A DNA stretch of 60,693 bases from IMG/VR virus record IMGVR_UViG_3300029604_000003. One strand, 5' to 3'. Shown in pieces: positions 26,114 through 36,023 of the stretch. The position numbers and the translations under genes were made by a program. This DNA is from a virus. The notes beneath the pieces are model-generated. The model had not been told where the DNA came from. It was given only the letters and a program-made list of their open reading frames with translations, and ran no database searches. How positions within the stretch are numbered: position 1 is the stretch's first letter; each line of letters opens with the position of its first letter.

Positions 26114-27319
26114 CTATTTTATGAAAGCAGACTCGTTGAAGTTCTTTTTCTGAGCTAGAGCTCTTGTAATTCTAAGCTCAATTGGACTTCTACATTTTAA
26201 GTGAAAGTACTTAAGTTCTTTGTATGGTGTAGTAAGTCTGTCGATTCTTCCACTTGCCTGTTTCATCATTTTATACGAATAGTTTTGTGAATAGAAAACC
26301 ATCGTGTCTGTTTTTATACAATTCCATGCTTCCGACCCAGCGTTATACTGAACCAAGTAAAGCCATTTTAAATTGCCGAACGGTTCCGGATCATGCCGAT
26401 GTCCATTTAACTCAGCAATTATAACATCTTCTCCAAAGTCTATATTTTTGATTATCTCCAACTCGTAATCGAAATTGTAGAAAACTATCAGCTTGTTATG
26501 TTCTTCGAAAATATTTCGTAATGCTTCGGCTCTGCTTTCATCAGCGTAGCAGATCTTTCTTAGCTTATAGCACAACTCGCTAACGTTTTCTATTGGTTCA
26601 CCTTTTTCATAATCGAAACGATTTTTCATAAGGTCCTTATAAGCTTCCTTATTGAACGAACACCAAACGTCTTCATGATGTTGAACCGCTGGATTCTGGT
26701 ATGGCATGTCTACTAAAACTCTTCTTCTTAATCTATTCAGTCTTTCAGTTCCAATGAATCTTTCGATTTGAGGGAACTTACTAAATCTAGAATACACACA
26801 ATGTTCTGCAGTGAACTCACTTTTATTTTTGTAGAAACCATTTGCAATGAAGACTGGCATGTAGTCCATATAGTTATCACCAGGCGTTGCAGATAATAAT
26901 ATCCAGTCATTGGCCTTTGCAATCTTTAGGAATGACTTAGTCCAAGCGCCATAACCAACTACTCGCTGTTCGTCAAAAATAAAGAAGCTGTTTTTAACGT
27001 CAGCATATTTCTTAATATTGTTCCATGAGTCTATGACTATTTTATGATCATAGATCTTAGAATTATCGTCTGGTGTTAAATGAAACCAACTCATGTCTCC
27101 AAGCCATTCGCCGCTATCTCTTTTCTTAGCAGTTGTTATGATGTAGAGATCTTTTGGATTTTTCATCTTTGTCATTGGCTCTAGCTCTCCACCATTTCGG
27201 ATGAAGTAGTACGCGAGTCCGGTAATAGATTTACCAGACCCTGTACCGCCACAAAGTATACAGCCGTTATGCATTTTCCTTATCGCACTCTTTTGGTGCG
27301 GCTTCAACTTTAATTCCAT
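26114..27319 (-). CDS. SF2 (DEAD/SNF2-like) helicase (401 aa)
   Basis: Motif I is CGGTGSGKS, motif II is FIFDEQ, and the C-terminal helicase motifs include QASGRIDR. Confidence 0.75.
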   Translation of the reverse strand: MELKLKPHQKSAIRKMHNGCILCGGTGSGKSITGLAYYFIRNGGELEPMTKMKNPKDLYIITTAKKRDSGEWLGDMSWFHLTPDDNSKIYDHKIVIDSWNNIKKYADVKNSFFIFDEQRVVGYGAWTKSFLKIAKANDWILLSATPGDNYMDYMPVFIANGFYKNKSEFTAEHCVYSRFSKFPQIERFIGTERLNRLRRRVLVDMPYQNPAVQHHEDVWCSFNKEAYKDLMKNRFDYEKGEPIENVSELCYKLRKICYADESRAEALRNIFEEHNKLIVFYNFDYELEIIKNIDFGEDVIIAELNGHRHDPEPFGNLKWLYLVQYNAGSEAWNCIKTDTMVFYSQNYSYKMMKQASGRIDRLTTPYKELKYFHLKCRSPIELRITRALAQKKNFNESAFIK

Positions 27320-27320
27320 A

Positions 27321-27776
27321 TTAATCTAAGTCAGCGTATTTCTCGGCGAACTTGTTTTCACGAATTGTTACATACATCGAATCAACATATGCGGTGATTC
27401 CAGTACGACCATTCATCTCCCATTCGTAAGGACGAATTGAAATATCACAGTTTACAATGTCAACAACATCAAGCTGGGATACTGTGTCTTCATCCAGGAG
27501 CGTCTTGTGATTACCGACAATAAGCCATACCTGTGTATAACGGTTCATATTGAGTTTTACAGGAAGAGTCCATTCCTGTTCAGAGTCATCTGCTCCTTCT
27601 TGAAGAGGACGATCTTTTACATTCCATCCTTCCTGTCTCAGTTCATCAGCCATTACTGTATCATCAATTACAACACTGAATCCTCTTTTACCAGGATTGA
27701 ATTTATCTCTTTCTCCTGAAAAGTTCTTCCAAATAATCATTGCGCCTTCAATGTTAATATTGTTTACGTTTGCCAT
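27321..27776 (-). CDS. Putative ssDNA-binding protein (151 aa)
   Basis: Lies between the polymerase and helicase genes and has an OB-fold-like beta-rich pattern with an acidic C-terminus (EKYADLD). The assignment is tentative. Confidence 0.35.
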   Translation of the reverse strand: MANVNNINIEGAMIIWKNFSGERDKFNPGKRGFSVVIDDTVMADELRQEGWNVKDRPLQEGADDSEQEWTLPVKLNMNRYTQVWLIVGNHKTLLDEDTVSQLDVVDIVNCDISIRPYEWEMNGRTGITAYVDSMYVTIRENKFAEKYADLD

Positions 27777-27791
27777 AATAGACCTTCCTTT

Positions 27792-30700
27792 CTATGCTGC
27801 CATATCGGTATGTTCATCAATTGCAAATTTCTCAAAGTCACCAAACTCTGAGATAGTTTCTATTGCTTTATTAGCAAGTTCCTCATAATAAGACATGTCA
27901 ATCTTATCCTGAATATTGTTTGTTATTACATCTTCAGATTCGAGCCAACGGTACCCCTTTGTTCCAGATGGTGCAAAGTACTTATCGTCTTTTACTCTGA
28001 ATAACTGAGCTCCACCGCAGCCTTCTTGGATTGGGCAGAACTGACCAACTTTACCAACGAACTTATAGTCGTGTTCGTCTTCTGCCAGATTCTCGTTAAA
28101 GTCGAGGTCAAGCTCTCCACCATTGCTGACGGCGATTGTCTGACATAAGTCATTGAATTCAATCTTTTCATGAGTGAAGAGTTTCTTGAATACATATGGT
28201 ACTGCGAACTGAGTTCCAGTTGCCGTCCACCCTTCGCTTTTCTCATATGCAATGTAGACTGCATTGTTTACTAAGCAGATTTTCTCATACTCAGCTTCGA
28301 TCTCGAATGTATATCCATACTTCTTTCCGAAGTCATAGATGAACTGCTCAACTTCCGGTGTCGGATTATCGATTTTGATTGAATCAGTCTTGATGTGAAC
28401 GACGTGTGCTCCAAGTTTCTCAACTTCGCCTTTAAGTGTTGCCATGAAGAGTGCTCCACGTTTAGCAACGATGTTGTCGATGTTTCTTTCATCCTTGAAT
28501 AGATTACTGAAGTGAGCTGATGTCAGTCCATATACAGAGTTAATTACAATCTTCAGAGCATTAGCAAGTTTGTCGAGTTCTTCCTCAGCAAGATTAGCAA
28601 ACCGAGCAAATGCTCCGCCGAACAGAGTCTTTAATGCTTCAACGTCACGATGCTTAATAGCAATGCGAGCATCAACAAGATCTTTAAATCTCGCGGTATA
28701 CTTCTTACCAAACAGATTAAGCGCGATTACAGAATGTGGATGCATAGATGCTACATCAAATGTTTTGACATTGCGATACATTCCAGGATCAGCAATTACT
28801 AATCCACCTTCATTAAGTTTGATATCACGATATGTTGATACTCCGTGATCGAAGACATAGCCTTCAAACTTATTGAATTCATTGTAGGTTTCATTACCAT
28901 CCATATCAACAGAGATTCCTGTAGACAGATCAGTATATACAAACTCTCGCTGTGGATTCTTGTCTTTTCCAAAGATCAGTTTACCAGACAACATGTTGTT
29001 TGTATCGTTTGGACATCCGCCAGCAATTTCAGCTAAGACACATCTTGCTTCAAAGTCTTCAATGTTAGCTTCAAATGTAGCTTCTGTTGCAATGACATCA
29101 TTATCACAATACTCAGCAACCTTAGGCCACAGTTCTTCTGGTACTGGCTGATCCCAAGGCAATGCCCATTCCTGATGATGAATACCTAACTTGATTTCCC
29201 ACTTCTTCAGACTCTGCTTCTTGGCGCAGAAGTCATAAACATCCGTATAACTTAAGTTATATGCTGATCCGAAGAAAGCATTCGGACTTTTGTTGATAAT
29301 ATCTTGTGAGAGCTGGAATAAAGCTTCCAATGAATATCCCATCATTCGAGCATATAGAATGTGGTTATCATATCTTCGACAGTTGAATCCAACAAGTTTC
29401 ATTTTGAGGAATTCTTCAACTTCTGCCGGTGACGGATTGATCATCCTGTGACAAGGTCCAGGTTCTCCTCTGTATTTCCAGTTAACCAATAACAGGTTCG
29501 GAAACACCTCAATATCATAGAATACAATTCTGTCGTCTTTTGGAGAGTTTACTCCAGCAACATCATCTGAGCAGTAATGAATCTTTCCAACCTGCTCGAG
29601 ACAATAGTCTGCATGGTTTGTACTTGATGCAGCAAACGCTACGATATCATTACGCATATCTGTTACATCATAGTGTTCTCCTGACTCGTATGCATCGTCC
29701 AGAATCTTTTTAATGAAGTCAACACTTGGTTTAGTTCCAGGATGACTTTCTTTCCGAAGATTCTTTTTGATCAATGCTCGAATCATCTTTTCGCTGGCGA
29801 CTACTTTAAAGTCGACCATATTATCACTCCTTTTCTTTAATGGTAATCCTGAAGATATAGTAGCAATTGGAGTTGAGTTACATGCTGTTACAACTCTTCG
29901 CAATGCTCCTTTACCACTATAAACCTTGATCTCTATATTGTCGCTATATACATTATCAAGTTGTTTAGGGTCACCAGCATAATAGTAATGAAGATGCACA
30001 CCTGCACCACTCTTTGAGAACTCAGCATATGTTGGCGGCCATTGAGATGCCGCGTCTAAGTTCATTTCCTTAGACTTATTCCCTTCAGCATCTTTCAGAT
30101 CAAAGTCAATGACTATTAAATTCTCTGGAACTCTAACATAGTGAAGTTTAGTAGTATCCAGATCCTTCAATGTTGTACCAACTCGATCCCACGCTTTTGA
30201 TGGCGCATCGCCGCGTGCATATTGTGCTGGGCAATCTTTACACACTTCATCTAAGATAGATTTAGTGCTATCCATTTTGAGCCATGATTCTTTGGCTTCG
30301 TCTGGCTTAAGCTCTTTGTCTACGAACTTATCTTTCTTGAAGCCTTTGTAATAGCTTCTAGCTCTTGTTCCATCTTCCAAAGTAATTCTGTCGAGAAACT
30401 CATCGAAGTAATCTTTCAAGTCTTCCCTGAATTTGTACATTGGCATTTTGTTTGGGAGCCCAGTGTTGTCGCAATACTCTTTATACAGACTATATGCTGC
30501 TTTTAATGTTGTTCCATCATCCTTCTCAAAGAACGGATAACAGCTTTCTACGAAGTTGAAGAAGACGTCTGTTTTGAACATCATATCCAATGGCTTATAT
30601 CCATCGTAGTAATGCTTTCCGTATTTCTGGTATACTTTGAGACAATGATTAGCTATAGCTCCAAGCTCATATGGAATCTGACTCATGCATTCCTGGTAAG

Positions 30701-31622
30701 TATCTGGCTCGAGTAATTCGCCAGTTGGCTTAACATCAATCAGTCGTCTTATAATACCTGACTTTGCATCAGTGATTTTGACTGGTCGGTTTGTACCCAT
30801 GAATAGCATACTGTTAACTCGCATTGGATACTCAGCTTTATACTTTTCAGAAATGCCGATTTCCTCGTGTGCGATTATAGAGTTGAGAAGGGTGTTATCT
30901 TCAATTCTACTTAAGTCACCGTCATGTTGAATCATTACCAGAGGGTTATCTTTGAATGCGGCAGTCGCGAATGATTTTGACGGAGTAGCTAAGTCTTTAG
31001 CATTGAATGTTCCGCAATATCCTTCGAACAGCTTTTGGATGATGTTAAGGATTGTCGATTTACCTGTTCCAGCTTCACCATAGAAGACTAAGAACTTCTG
31101 AATCTTTTTAGAGTCACCAGATATAACTGATCCAATGGCCCACTCGATCTTTCGTCGTTCTTCTGCATCATACAGAGTTGAGATGATTTTGTCATAGCCC
31201 GGTGTCTTGCCTGCTTTGATGTCGTATGGTAAGGTCTTGGAACGATAGTCCTCTTTGGTTGTCTTCTGGTTTAGGAATGTAATATCAGAATCTAACTGTA
31301 TTGAAGACGACGGACTAAGCTGGCAATACTTCTTGTACTTTTCCCAGCGTCCATTGTCGAAGTCCCTTAAGTAGTCTTTTTCGATTTTGCTGGTTGTAGT
31401 CTTGCTAACTGTTTCATATGCTTCATCGATCAAACGATCTACATAATCAACAACATCGTATTCATCAGTAGACCATCTGTTATTCTTCTCATCCCAGAGA
31501 GCATAGAACGCCTTACCTTTACATAACAGGTTATCAACTTTCTTAGAAACAGCAAATGTTGGGTGAATGACCGTGGCATCCCTAGACTTGACATATGAAC
31601 TCTTAATTGTTACAAAATTCAT
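27792..31622 (-). CDS. Replicase fusion: P-loop (D5/SF3-like) NTPase + AEP prim-pol + family B DNA polymerase (1,276 aa)
   Basis: Walker A GEAGTGKST lies at 31053-31079. The AEP motifs are VIDFDLKD and SGAGVHLHYYY (about 29979-30107). The PolB exonuclease motifs are FYDIEVF, FNCRRYDNHILY and YCDNDV. The polymerase motifs are DVASMHPHS (28731-28757), KIVINSVYG (28527-28553) and IKTDS (28380-28394). The start ATG at 31622 follows GGAAAGGAAAAAG. Confidence 0.8.
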   Translation of the reverse strand: MNFVTIKSSYVKSRDATVIHPTFAVSKKVDNLLCKGKAFYALWDEKNNRWSTDEYDVVDYVDRLIDEAYETVSKTTTSKIEKDYLRDFDNGRWEKYKKYCQLSPSSSIQLDSDITFLNQKTTKEDYRSKTLPYDIKAGKTPGYDKIISTLYDAEERRKIEWAIGSVISGDSKKIQKFLVFYGEAGTGKSTILNIIQKLFEGYCGTFNAKDLATPSKSFATAAFKDNPLVMIQHDGDLSRIEDNTLLNSIIAHEEIGISEKYKAEYPMRVNSMLFMGTNRPVKITDAKSGIIRRLIDVKPTGELLEPDTYQECMSQIPYELGAIANHCLKVYQKYGKHYYDGYKPLDMMFKTDVFFNFVESCYPFFEKDDGTTLKAAYSLYKEYCDNTGLPNKMPMYKFREDLKDYFDEFLDRITLEDGTRARSYYKGFKKDKFVDKELKPDEAKESWLKMDSTKSILDEVCKDCPAQYARGDAPSKAWDRVGTTLKDLDTTKLHYVRVPENLIVIDFDLKDAEGNKSKEMNLDAASQWPPTYAEFSKSGAGVHLHYYYAGDPKQLDNVYSDNIEIKVYSGKGALRRVVTACNSTPIATISSGLPLKKRSDNMVDFKVVASEKMIRALIKKNLRKESHPGTKPSVDFIKKILDDAYESGEHYDVTDMRNDIVAFAASSTNHADYCLEQVGKIHYCSDDVAGVNSPKDDRIVFYDIEVFPNLLLVNWKYRGEPGPCHRMINPSPAEVEEFLKMKLVGFNCRRYDNHILYARMMGYSLEALFQLSQDIINKSPNAFFGSAYNLSYTDVYDFCAKKQSLKKWEIKLGIHHQEWALPWDQPVPEELWPKVAEYCDNDVIATEATFEANIEDFEARCVLAEIAGGCPNDTNNMLSGKLIFGKDKNPQREFVYTDLSTGISVDMDGNETYNEFNKFEGYVFDHGVSTYRDIKLNEGGLVIADPGMYRNVKTFDVASMHPHSVIALNLFGKKYTARFKDLVDARIAIKHRDVEALKTLFGGAFARFANLAEEELDKLANALKIVINSVYGLTSAHFSNLFKDERNIDNIVAKRGALFMATLKGEVEKLGAHVVHIKTDSIKIDNPTPEVEQFIYDFGKKYGYTFEIEAEYEKICLVNNAVYIAYEKSEGWTATGTQFAVPYVFKKLFTHEKIEFNDLCQTIAVSNGGELDLDFNENLAEDEHDYKFVGKVGQFCPIQEGCGGAQLFRVKDDKYFAPSGTKGYRWLESEDVITNNIQDKIDMSYYEELANKAIETISEFGDFEKFAIDEHTDMAA

Positions 31623-31801
31623 ACTTTTTCCTTTCCTGACCGTTTGGACACAAAAATGTGCTCTCAAAAACTTTTATATATTTTCATACTTTCCTAAAAA
31701 GTTTTTAAACTATATAAAAAAATGGGCTTTTGGCCAATAATAGGGTAAAATAGCACTAAAAAGCCACTTTTTCATCAATTTTTGCAACTTGCTGGCCATT
31801 T

Positions 31802-32038
31802 TTATTTTGCGCTTTTTCCTGTCAAAACGCTGTAAATATAGTCTGCATCGTCCCCTTTTACTACCGAAATCAGTTGTAATTTCCCTTTCTGGCCATTTTT
31901 TTCACTTTCTCCAGCGACCGATAACCAGCTTTCATGCTTCCCATCAGACGGATTATACTGCAAAATAAGCAGTTTTCCACACTCGGAATTTGGCACAAGC
32001 TTGCCAACATAATCCTCATTTTTTCCTGTATTTCCCAT
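31802..32038 (-). CDS. Hypothetical protein, QYNPSDG paralog A (78 aa)
   Basis: Shares (L/F)I(L/C)QYNPSDG, overall layout and a near-identical upstream sequence (aaagaaagttgaggta) with 32072-32281. Confidence 0.55.
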   Translation of the reverse strand: MGNTGKNEDYVGKLVPNSECGKLLILQYNPSDGKHESWLSVAGESEKNGQKGKLQLISVVKGDDADYIYSVLTGKSAK

Positions 32039-32071
32039 AATTACTACCTCAACTTTCTTTATTATTTTTAT

Positions 32072-32281
32072 CTAAATCATCTTGTTATTTACGATGATGT
32101 CATGCATTTTATCAGCCTGATTGCCTTTCCAACATGCTACGGCTCGCAATCCAGCACTTTTACCATTCTCAATTTTTTCTTTAGCAACAGTAAAGTAGCT
32201 AGGACTAGCACCATCGGACGGATTATATTGGCATATAAACATCTCAGATTTATCCATATTAGGAATAAATTTCTTTGCCAT
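32072..32281 (-). CDS. Hypothetical protein, QYNPSDG paralog B (69 aa)
   Basis: Tandem paralog of 31802-32038. Confidence 0.55.
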   Translation of the reverse strand: MAKKFIPNMDKSEMFICQYNPSDGASPSYFTVAKEKIENGKSAGLRAVACWKGNQADKMHDIIVNNKMI

Positions 32282-32317
32282 AATATTTACCTCAACTTTC
32301 TTTAATATTTTCGCCTA

Positions 32318-32833
32318 TTAACTTCTTTTAACCAACTCGTCAGGATACGACGTAGTATCAGTACTAGATTTACAGCTCATAAAATTCCCGGAACTCTGCT
32401 GAGCACTCTCAATCTTTTCTTTGGCATTCGTCATTTCACTAAATGTATTCCTAGACCCTTTACGATTATCATTGGTTGCATCTATCATAGGTGCCGTGTC
32501 CCAAGGTGCGGGCTTAGACTTTTCCATATATACGTTCTGCCCAATGCCAGTATACAAGGCAAAGCACGATAAGACCTCGTCCCTAGGCATCATCTTACCC
32601 GCATCCATAGTTACTCTCGGCTTCTGTGCCCACGCAAGCTCATTCTTACCGAATGCTTCCGCCAGAATAGTAAGCAGCTTGATATCATTCCTACGCTGTT
32701 TGACAGTGCCTACGAACGGTCTTTCTGATTCTTTTTCCATCGTCTCAAGGTTCTTTGTAACTCGTACCAAGGCCTCTAAAACCATGTCATGTTGGGCAGC
32801 CGAACTGAATCCCTTAAACTCTTCCTTCGTCAT
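32318..32833 (-). CDS. Hypothetical early protein (171 aa)
   Basis: Minus-strand ORF in an operon-like array. No motif recognised. Confidence 0.55.
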   Translation of the reverse strand: MTKEEFKGFSSAAQHDMVLEALVRVTKNLETMEKESERPFVGTVKQRRNDIKLLTILAEAFGKNELAWAQKPRVTMDAGKMMPRDEVLSCFALYTGIGQNVYMEKSKPAPWDTAPMIDATNDNRKGSRNTFSEMTNAKEKIESAQQSSGNFMSCKSSTDTTSYPDELVKRS

Positions 32834-33089
32834 TGTCTTCTTCCCTCCCTAAATCTTTAACCCAGTCTAATTCTCCTGAAGCGAATGCAAAAGCAATAGC
32901 GTCAACAACATCAATAGCGGAATCGGAGAATACACCAGAAGGTCCATTCTTCTCTAAGTATCTAGCGGCATTCAGTACTGCACTATGAGATTCGTCACGG
33001 CTGAACATGCCTTCTACGCATCTTTCTACTTTAACTTTTTCAAGCTCCTTATATGTCATACGATTGTTAATACTTCTTTTAAATGTCAT
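32814..33089 (-). CDS. Hypothetical early protein (91 aa)
   Basis: Minus-strand ORF with ATGA-type coupling to its neighbours. Confidence 0.5.
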   Translation of the reverse strand: MTFKRSINNRMTYKELEKVKVERCVEGMFSRDESHSAVLNAARYLEKNGPSGVFSDSAIDVVDAIAFAFASGELDWVKDLGREEDNDEGRV

Positions 33090-33640
33090 AGATGAATTTC
33101 CTCCTTATAATTCGTATTGAGATACTCACACATCTGGTCCCAAATCTGCATGCGTCTCAAGTTCTTTTTAGTTCCTTTGACCCACCATAGGCCGCCTTCT
33201 CCATCCTGCTTATACTGACGTGAAGCACACTTCTTAAGGATTACTTCATCGTCTTCGGAGCAGTCAAGGTAAAGCCCAAGTGAGTCAACCATTACATTAA
33301 ACCAGTGAGGTGTACGGTCTCCAAATTCGTCATTTCCCATAATGGAATCTTCGCATCGCATGGCTAACCCAACCATCATTTCAAGCCAGGAGCACTGCTT
33401 ATCAAGTAATGCTTTTCTGACTTCTGGATAGCTATAGCCATACTCATATGCGAACGTTGAACGAAGATCGACACCGTCTGCAGCTCGGTTAGCGTCAAGC
33501 TTATGTGACCATTCGAAGTCTGTTGAGAACAGCCATTTGAACCCCTGAATGTGCTCATTTTTCGCTGGATCAACGGCGATTTTGCTTAAAAGCCACTCGA
33601 AATAGTCCATTTTGACCCTATTTTTGTCGATTTTTGTCAT
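33086..33640 (-). CDS. Hypothetical early protein (about 184 aa)
   Basis: Minus-strand ORF. I prefer the ATG at 33640 (CTAGAAAGGAAAAAA upstream); the ATG at 33610 is an alternative. Confidence 0.5.
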   Translation of the reverse strand: MTKIDKNRVKMDYFEWLLSKIAVDPAKNEHIQGFKWLFSTDFEWSHKLDANRAADGVDLRSTFAYEYGYSYPEVRKALLDKQCSWLEMMVGLAMRCEDSIMGNDEFGDRTPHWFNVMVDSLGLYLDCSEDDEVILKKCASRQYKQDGEGGLWWVKGTKKNLRRMQIWDQMCEYLNTNYKEEIHL

Positions 33641-33730
33641 TTTTTTCCTTTCTAGACCGTTTTTCGGCCTCTTTTTTAGCTTCTTTATACCTGTTGGCAC
33701 TGTGTAATGTGTCTGGATAATAGAATACTA

Positions 33731-34381
33731 TCATAACGTGACCTCCTCTAAGAATTCATCATAAGTCATGTCCTCGTACTGGATACAGTCGATCTTGACA
33801 CCTTCGCGAGCGTTCTTCACGTATAATGTATCAACCTCGAACTCACCAAATGAGTCTAAGTTCTCTTCACCAAGAAGCTCAATACCGTCCATAATTTCTT
33901 CAGTACCATCCTCTGAGTATACCTTGTTCTCCTTAGGTAAGTAGTTCCATACAACTCTCTTAAGACCATCATCTTCCATATACTCACTAGGATCAATCAC
34001 AACTGGACCCATTGCGCTGTCTACATTCTTCTCAACATCAATTTCGTCGATGTCTGGAGTCCTGATTTTGGCATAATTTACTCTTTCGAGCTTAGCATCA
34101 GCCTCTTTTCTGCCTGTATCTACACTAGAAATGCTCTTTTCAGTAACCGAAGCGTACTTTTTTAGGGCTTTTTCAGCGTCTTTTTCCAGATTTTCTTCCA
34201 TTTTCTTGACGTCTTCGCTCTTTTTTTCCTCTTTTTTCTTGTGAGCAGCCTCATAATCAGCCTTAAACTGCTCAATTTCCTTGTCGATGTACTTTTCACA
34301 GGCCTGTTTCATGCCAAAATACATACCTACTGCACCTGCAGTAGCTCCTAATACAAAACTTAATACTGCTTTTCCGCTCAT
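33731..34381 (-). CDS. Membrane-anchored acidic protein (216 aa)
   Basis: The N-terminal hydrophobic helix AVLSFVLGATAGAVGMYFG is followed by a Lys/Glu-rich helical segment and an acidic C-terminal domain. Confidence 0.55.
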   Translation of the reverse strand: MSGKAVLSFVLGATAGAVGMYFGMKQACEKYIDKEIEQFKADYEAAHKKKEEKKSEDVKKMEENLEKDAEKALKKYASVTEKSISSVDTGRKEADAKLERVNYAKIRTPDIDEIDVEKNVDSAMGPVVIDPSEYMEDDGLKRVVWNYLPKENKVYSEDGTEEIMDGIELLGEENLDSFGEFEVDTLYVKNAREGVKIDCIQYEDMTYDEFLEEVTL

Positions 34382-34549
34382 TTATTTGCCCTCCTTATTC
34401 TCATGTCTACTGATAAAAGCATTAACTGAGCATTCGTTATCTTTTCTAAACAAACACTCATCACATCTGAATTCTGGATCTTTATTACTTTTCGGATCTT
34501 TCTCACAATAAGCTTTTTTAAACTCCACTAAACATTCTTTTGCTGTCAT
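34382..34549 (-). CDS. Small Cys-containing protein (55 aa), not in ORF track
   Basis: MTAKECLVEFKKAYCEKDPKSNKDPEFRCDECLFRKDNECSVN... It fills the gap between neighbouring genes, and its stop overlaps the next ATG (TAAATG). Confidence 0.35.
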   Translation of the reverse strand: MTAKECLVEFKKAYCEKDPKSNKDPEFRCDECLFRKDNECSVNAFISRHENKEGK

Positions 34550-34552
34550 TTT

Positions 34553-34924
34553 TTAATCCTCCTTAAGATACTTAGCATTAGACAAATCAATTGTCAATGA
34601 TGCACGACGATCTCCACTACTGATAGATACATTGTATCCTGCATTGCCTAAGTAATCTGCAATATCGTTTGCAATTTTCTTTCCGTCCCTAGTAGCTGTG
34701 TCAACACCAAAAGAAACTAAATCAATTGAGATCTCATAGTCACATGTTTTAGGACTCATATCTGCACCTAAAATCCTAACGTCACTAGAATCTTCAATAG
34801 ATCCATCGAGAGATTTCCAGAAACTACTATGGCATTTATTACAAAAGTAGCAATATCCTTTAACGCCATCGATGTTTTTCATCGGGATTGATCCTACTTT
34901 GCCACCACACTTAGAGCATATCAT
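34553..34924 (-). CDS. Zinc-ribbon protein (123 aa)
   Basis: MICSKCGGKV...CYFCNKC carries CxxC...CxxC. The start ATG at 34924 (GGAGGTGTCAAAATG) overlaps the upstream stop (ATGA). Confidence 0.55.
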   Translation of the reverse strand: MICSKCGGKVGSIPMKNIDGVKGYCYFCNKCHSSFWKSLDGSIEDSSDVRILGADMSPKTCDYEISIDLVSFGVDTATRDGKKIANDIADYLGNAGYNVSISSGDRRASLTIDLSNAKYLKED

Positions 34925-35214
34925 TTTGACACCTCCTCTTCTGGCTGAACCCAAGATATCAGCAATGCCGCGTACCGCTCGTCTCCAGAAATTACAGAAT
35001 GATATCCTAAGCTTCTTAAATATCCAATAATTGCCATAGTGATTTTACGGCTTTCGTCTTCAGAAATATCCAGTCCACGGGCTGCAAGTTTAATAGAAAC
35101 ATTGTAATTACCTGCTTTAGCTTCTTCTAAAATCTTCCGTTCAATCTCGTCGAGATATTCTTGGCACTCATCATTTACAAAACTTATACTATAAGCTTCT
35201 TTTGCACTAATCAT
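34921..35214 (-). CDS. Hypothetical early protein (97 aa)
   Basis: Minus-strand ORF translationally coupled on both sides. Confidence 0.5.
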   Translation of the reverse strand: MISAKEAYSISFVNDECQEYLDEIERKILEEAKAGNYNVSIKLAARGLDISEDESRKITMAIIGYLRSLGYHSVISGDERYAALLISWVQPEEEVSK

Positions 35215-35387
35215 CTCCTCTTACCTCTCTTTCTGTTTACCATAGCCATACCGAAGTCACTGATTGGCACATACTCCTTATTAGGATCGCTGATCGGCCA
35301 CTCGTCGCCGCCCCAAGCCTCATATACCGCACGGTTAGATCTGTTTTTATCTACTCTGATGTTATGAGTTACATTTGTCTGTTTCAT
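35211..35387 (-). CDS. Small hypothetical protein (58 aa), not in ORF track
   Basis: MKQTNVTHNIRVDKNRSNRAVYEAWGGDEWPISDP... It has a GGAGGGGTCAAAATG start context and ATGA coupling at both ends. Confidence 0.35.
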   Translation of the reverse strand: MKQTNVTHNIRVDKNRSNRAVYEAWGGDEWPISDPNKEYVPISDFGMAMVNRKRGKRR

Positions 35388-35545
35388 TTTGACCCCTCCT
35401 TATTATATGCTGGGTTATCTTTGCACATGTATCTACATGCTCCCTGATTTCTTACCTGAATATAACACTCATCGAAATAAGGGCACGACATCTCTTGTTC
35501 AGTATATGTATAATCTTCTCTAGATGTATGATCAAATTCCTGCAT
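35384..35545 (-). CDS. Small Cys-containing protein (53 aa), not in ORF track
   Basis: MQEFDHTSREDYTYTEQEMSCPYFDECYIQVRNQGACRYMCKD... It has a GGAGG RBS, and its stop overlaps the next ATG. Confidence 0.35.
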   Translation of the reverse strand: MQEFDHTSREDYTYTEQEMSCPYFDECYIQVRNQGACRYMCKDNPAYNKEGSK

Positions 35546-35555
35546 AATAACCTCC

Positions 35556-35741
35556 TTAATGCAAATCTACTGACCATGATACAGCTATGCACATTCCGAT
35601 GATAATAATCACAAATTCTGAAATCAAGTCAATATCATGTTTCTTGAAAATACATTTTACGGTATGTACCACACCAGCAAACATAAGACCGCCTAAAATG
35701 AATAAGCTCAAAGTTCTGAAAAATATAAACACGCTATTCAA
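35556..35741 (-). CDS. Small two-pass membrane protein (about 58-61 aa)
   Basis: Two hydrophobic segments (LSLFILGGLMFAGVV; ISEFVIIIIGMCIAV). The start is ambiguous (TTG or GTG). Confidence 0.4.
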   Translation of the reverse strand: MNSVFIFFRTLSLFILGGLMFAGVVHTVKCIFKKHDIDLISEFVIIIIGMCIAVSWSVDLH

Positions 35742-35883
35742 TTCTCATCACCACCCCTGTCTGGATGTTCACATAATACCTGTGATGCTTGTATACTACC
35801 AAGTCTCCATCCCAATCTCCACCTGTGAGATAAAGTTTCTTCATAATTGCCGGTTTTCTAAACCAATCGATAATTCTGTTCAT
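35734..35883 (-). CDS. Small hypothetical protein (49 aa)
   Basis: MNRIIDWFRKPAIMKKLYLTGGDWDGDLVVYKHHRYYVNIQ... The start ATG at 35883 follows AGGAGGAATCAAA. Confidence 0.4.
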   Translation of the reverse strand: MNRIIDWFRKPAIMKKLYLTGGDWDGDLVVYKHHRYYVNIQTGVVMRIE

Positions 35884-35997
35884 TTTGATTCCTCCTATTT
35901 TTCGAAAAATGAAAGGAGATGCAAATGGGATATGGACCCACATCTCTGGTATGGGGATACCAGTGCACTGCTATTGTGCTATTACGCATCTCTTCTC

Positions 35998-36022
35998 ATT
36001 ATAAGCTTTGTTTTTTATGCGA
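35998..36022 (-). promoter_or_regulatory. Promoter-like motif TCGCA-N14-TATAAT
   Basis: The minus strand reads TCGCA TAAAAAACAAAGCT TATAAT, followed by GAGAAG, immediately after the 36024 stop. Confidence 0.5.
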
Positions 36023-36023
36023 G

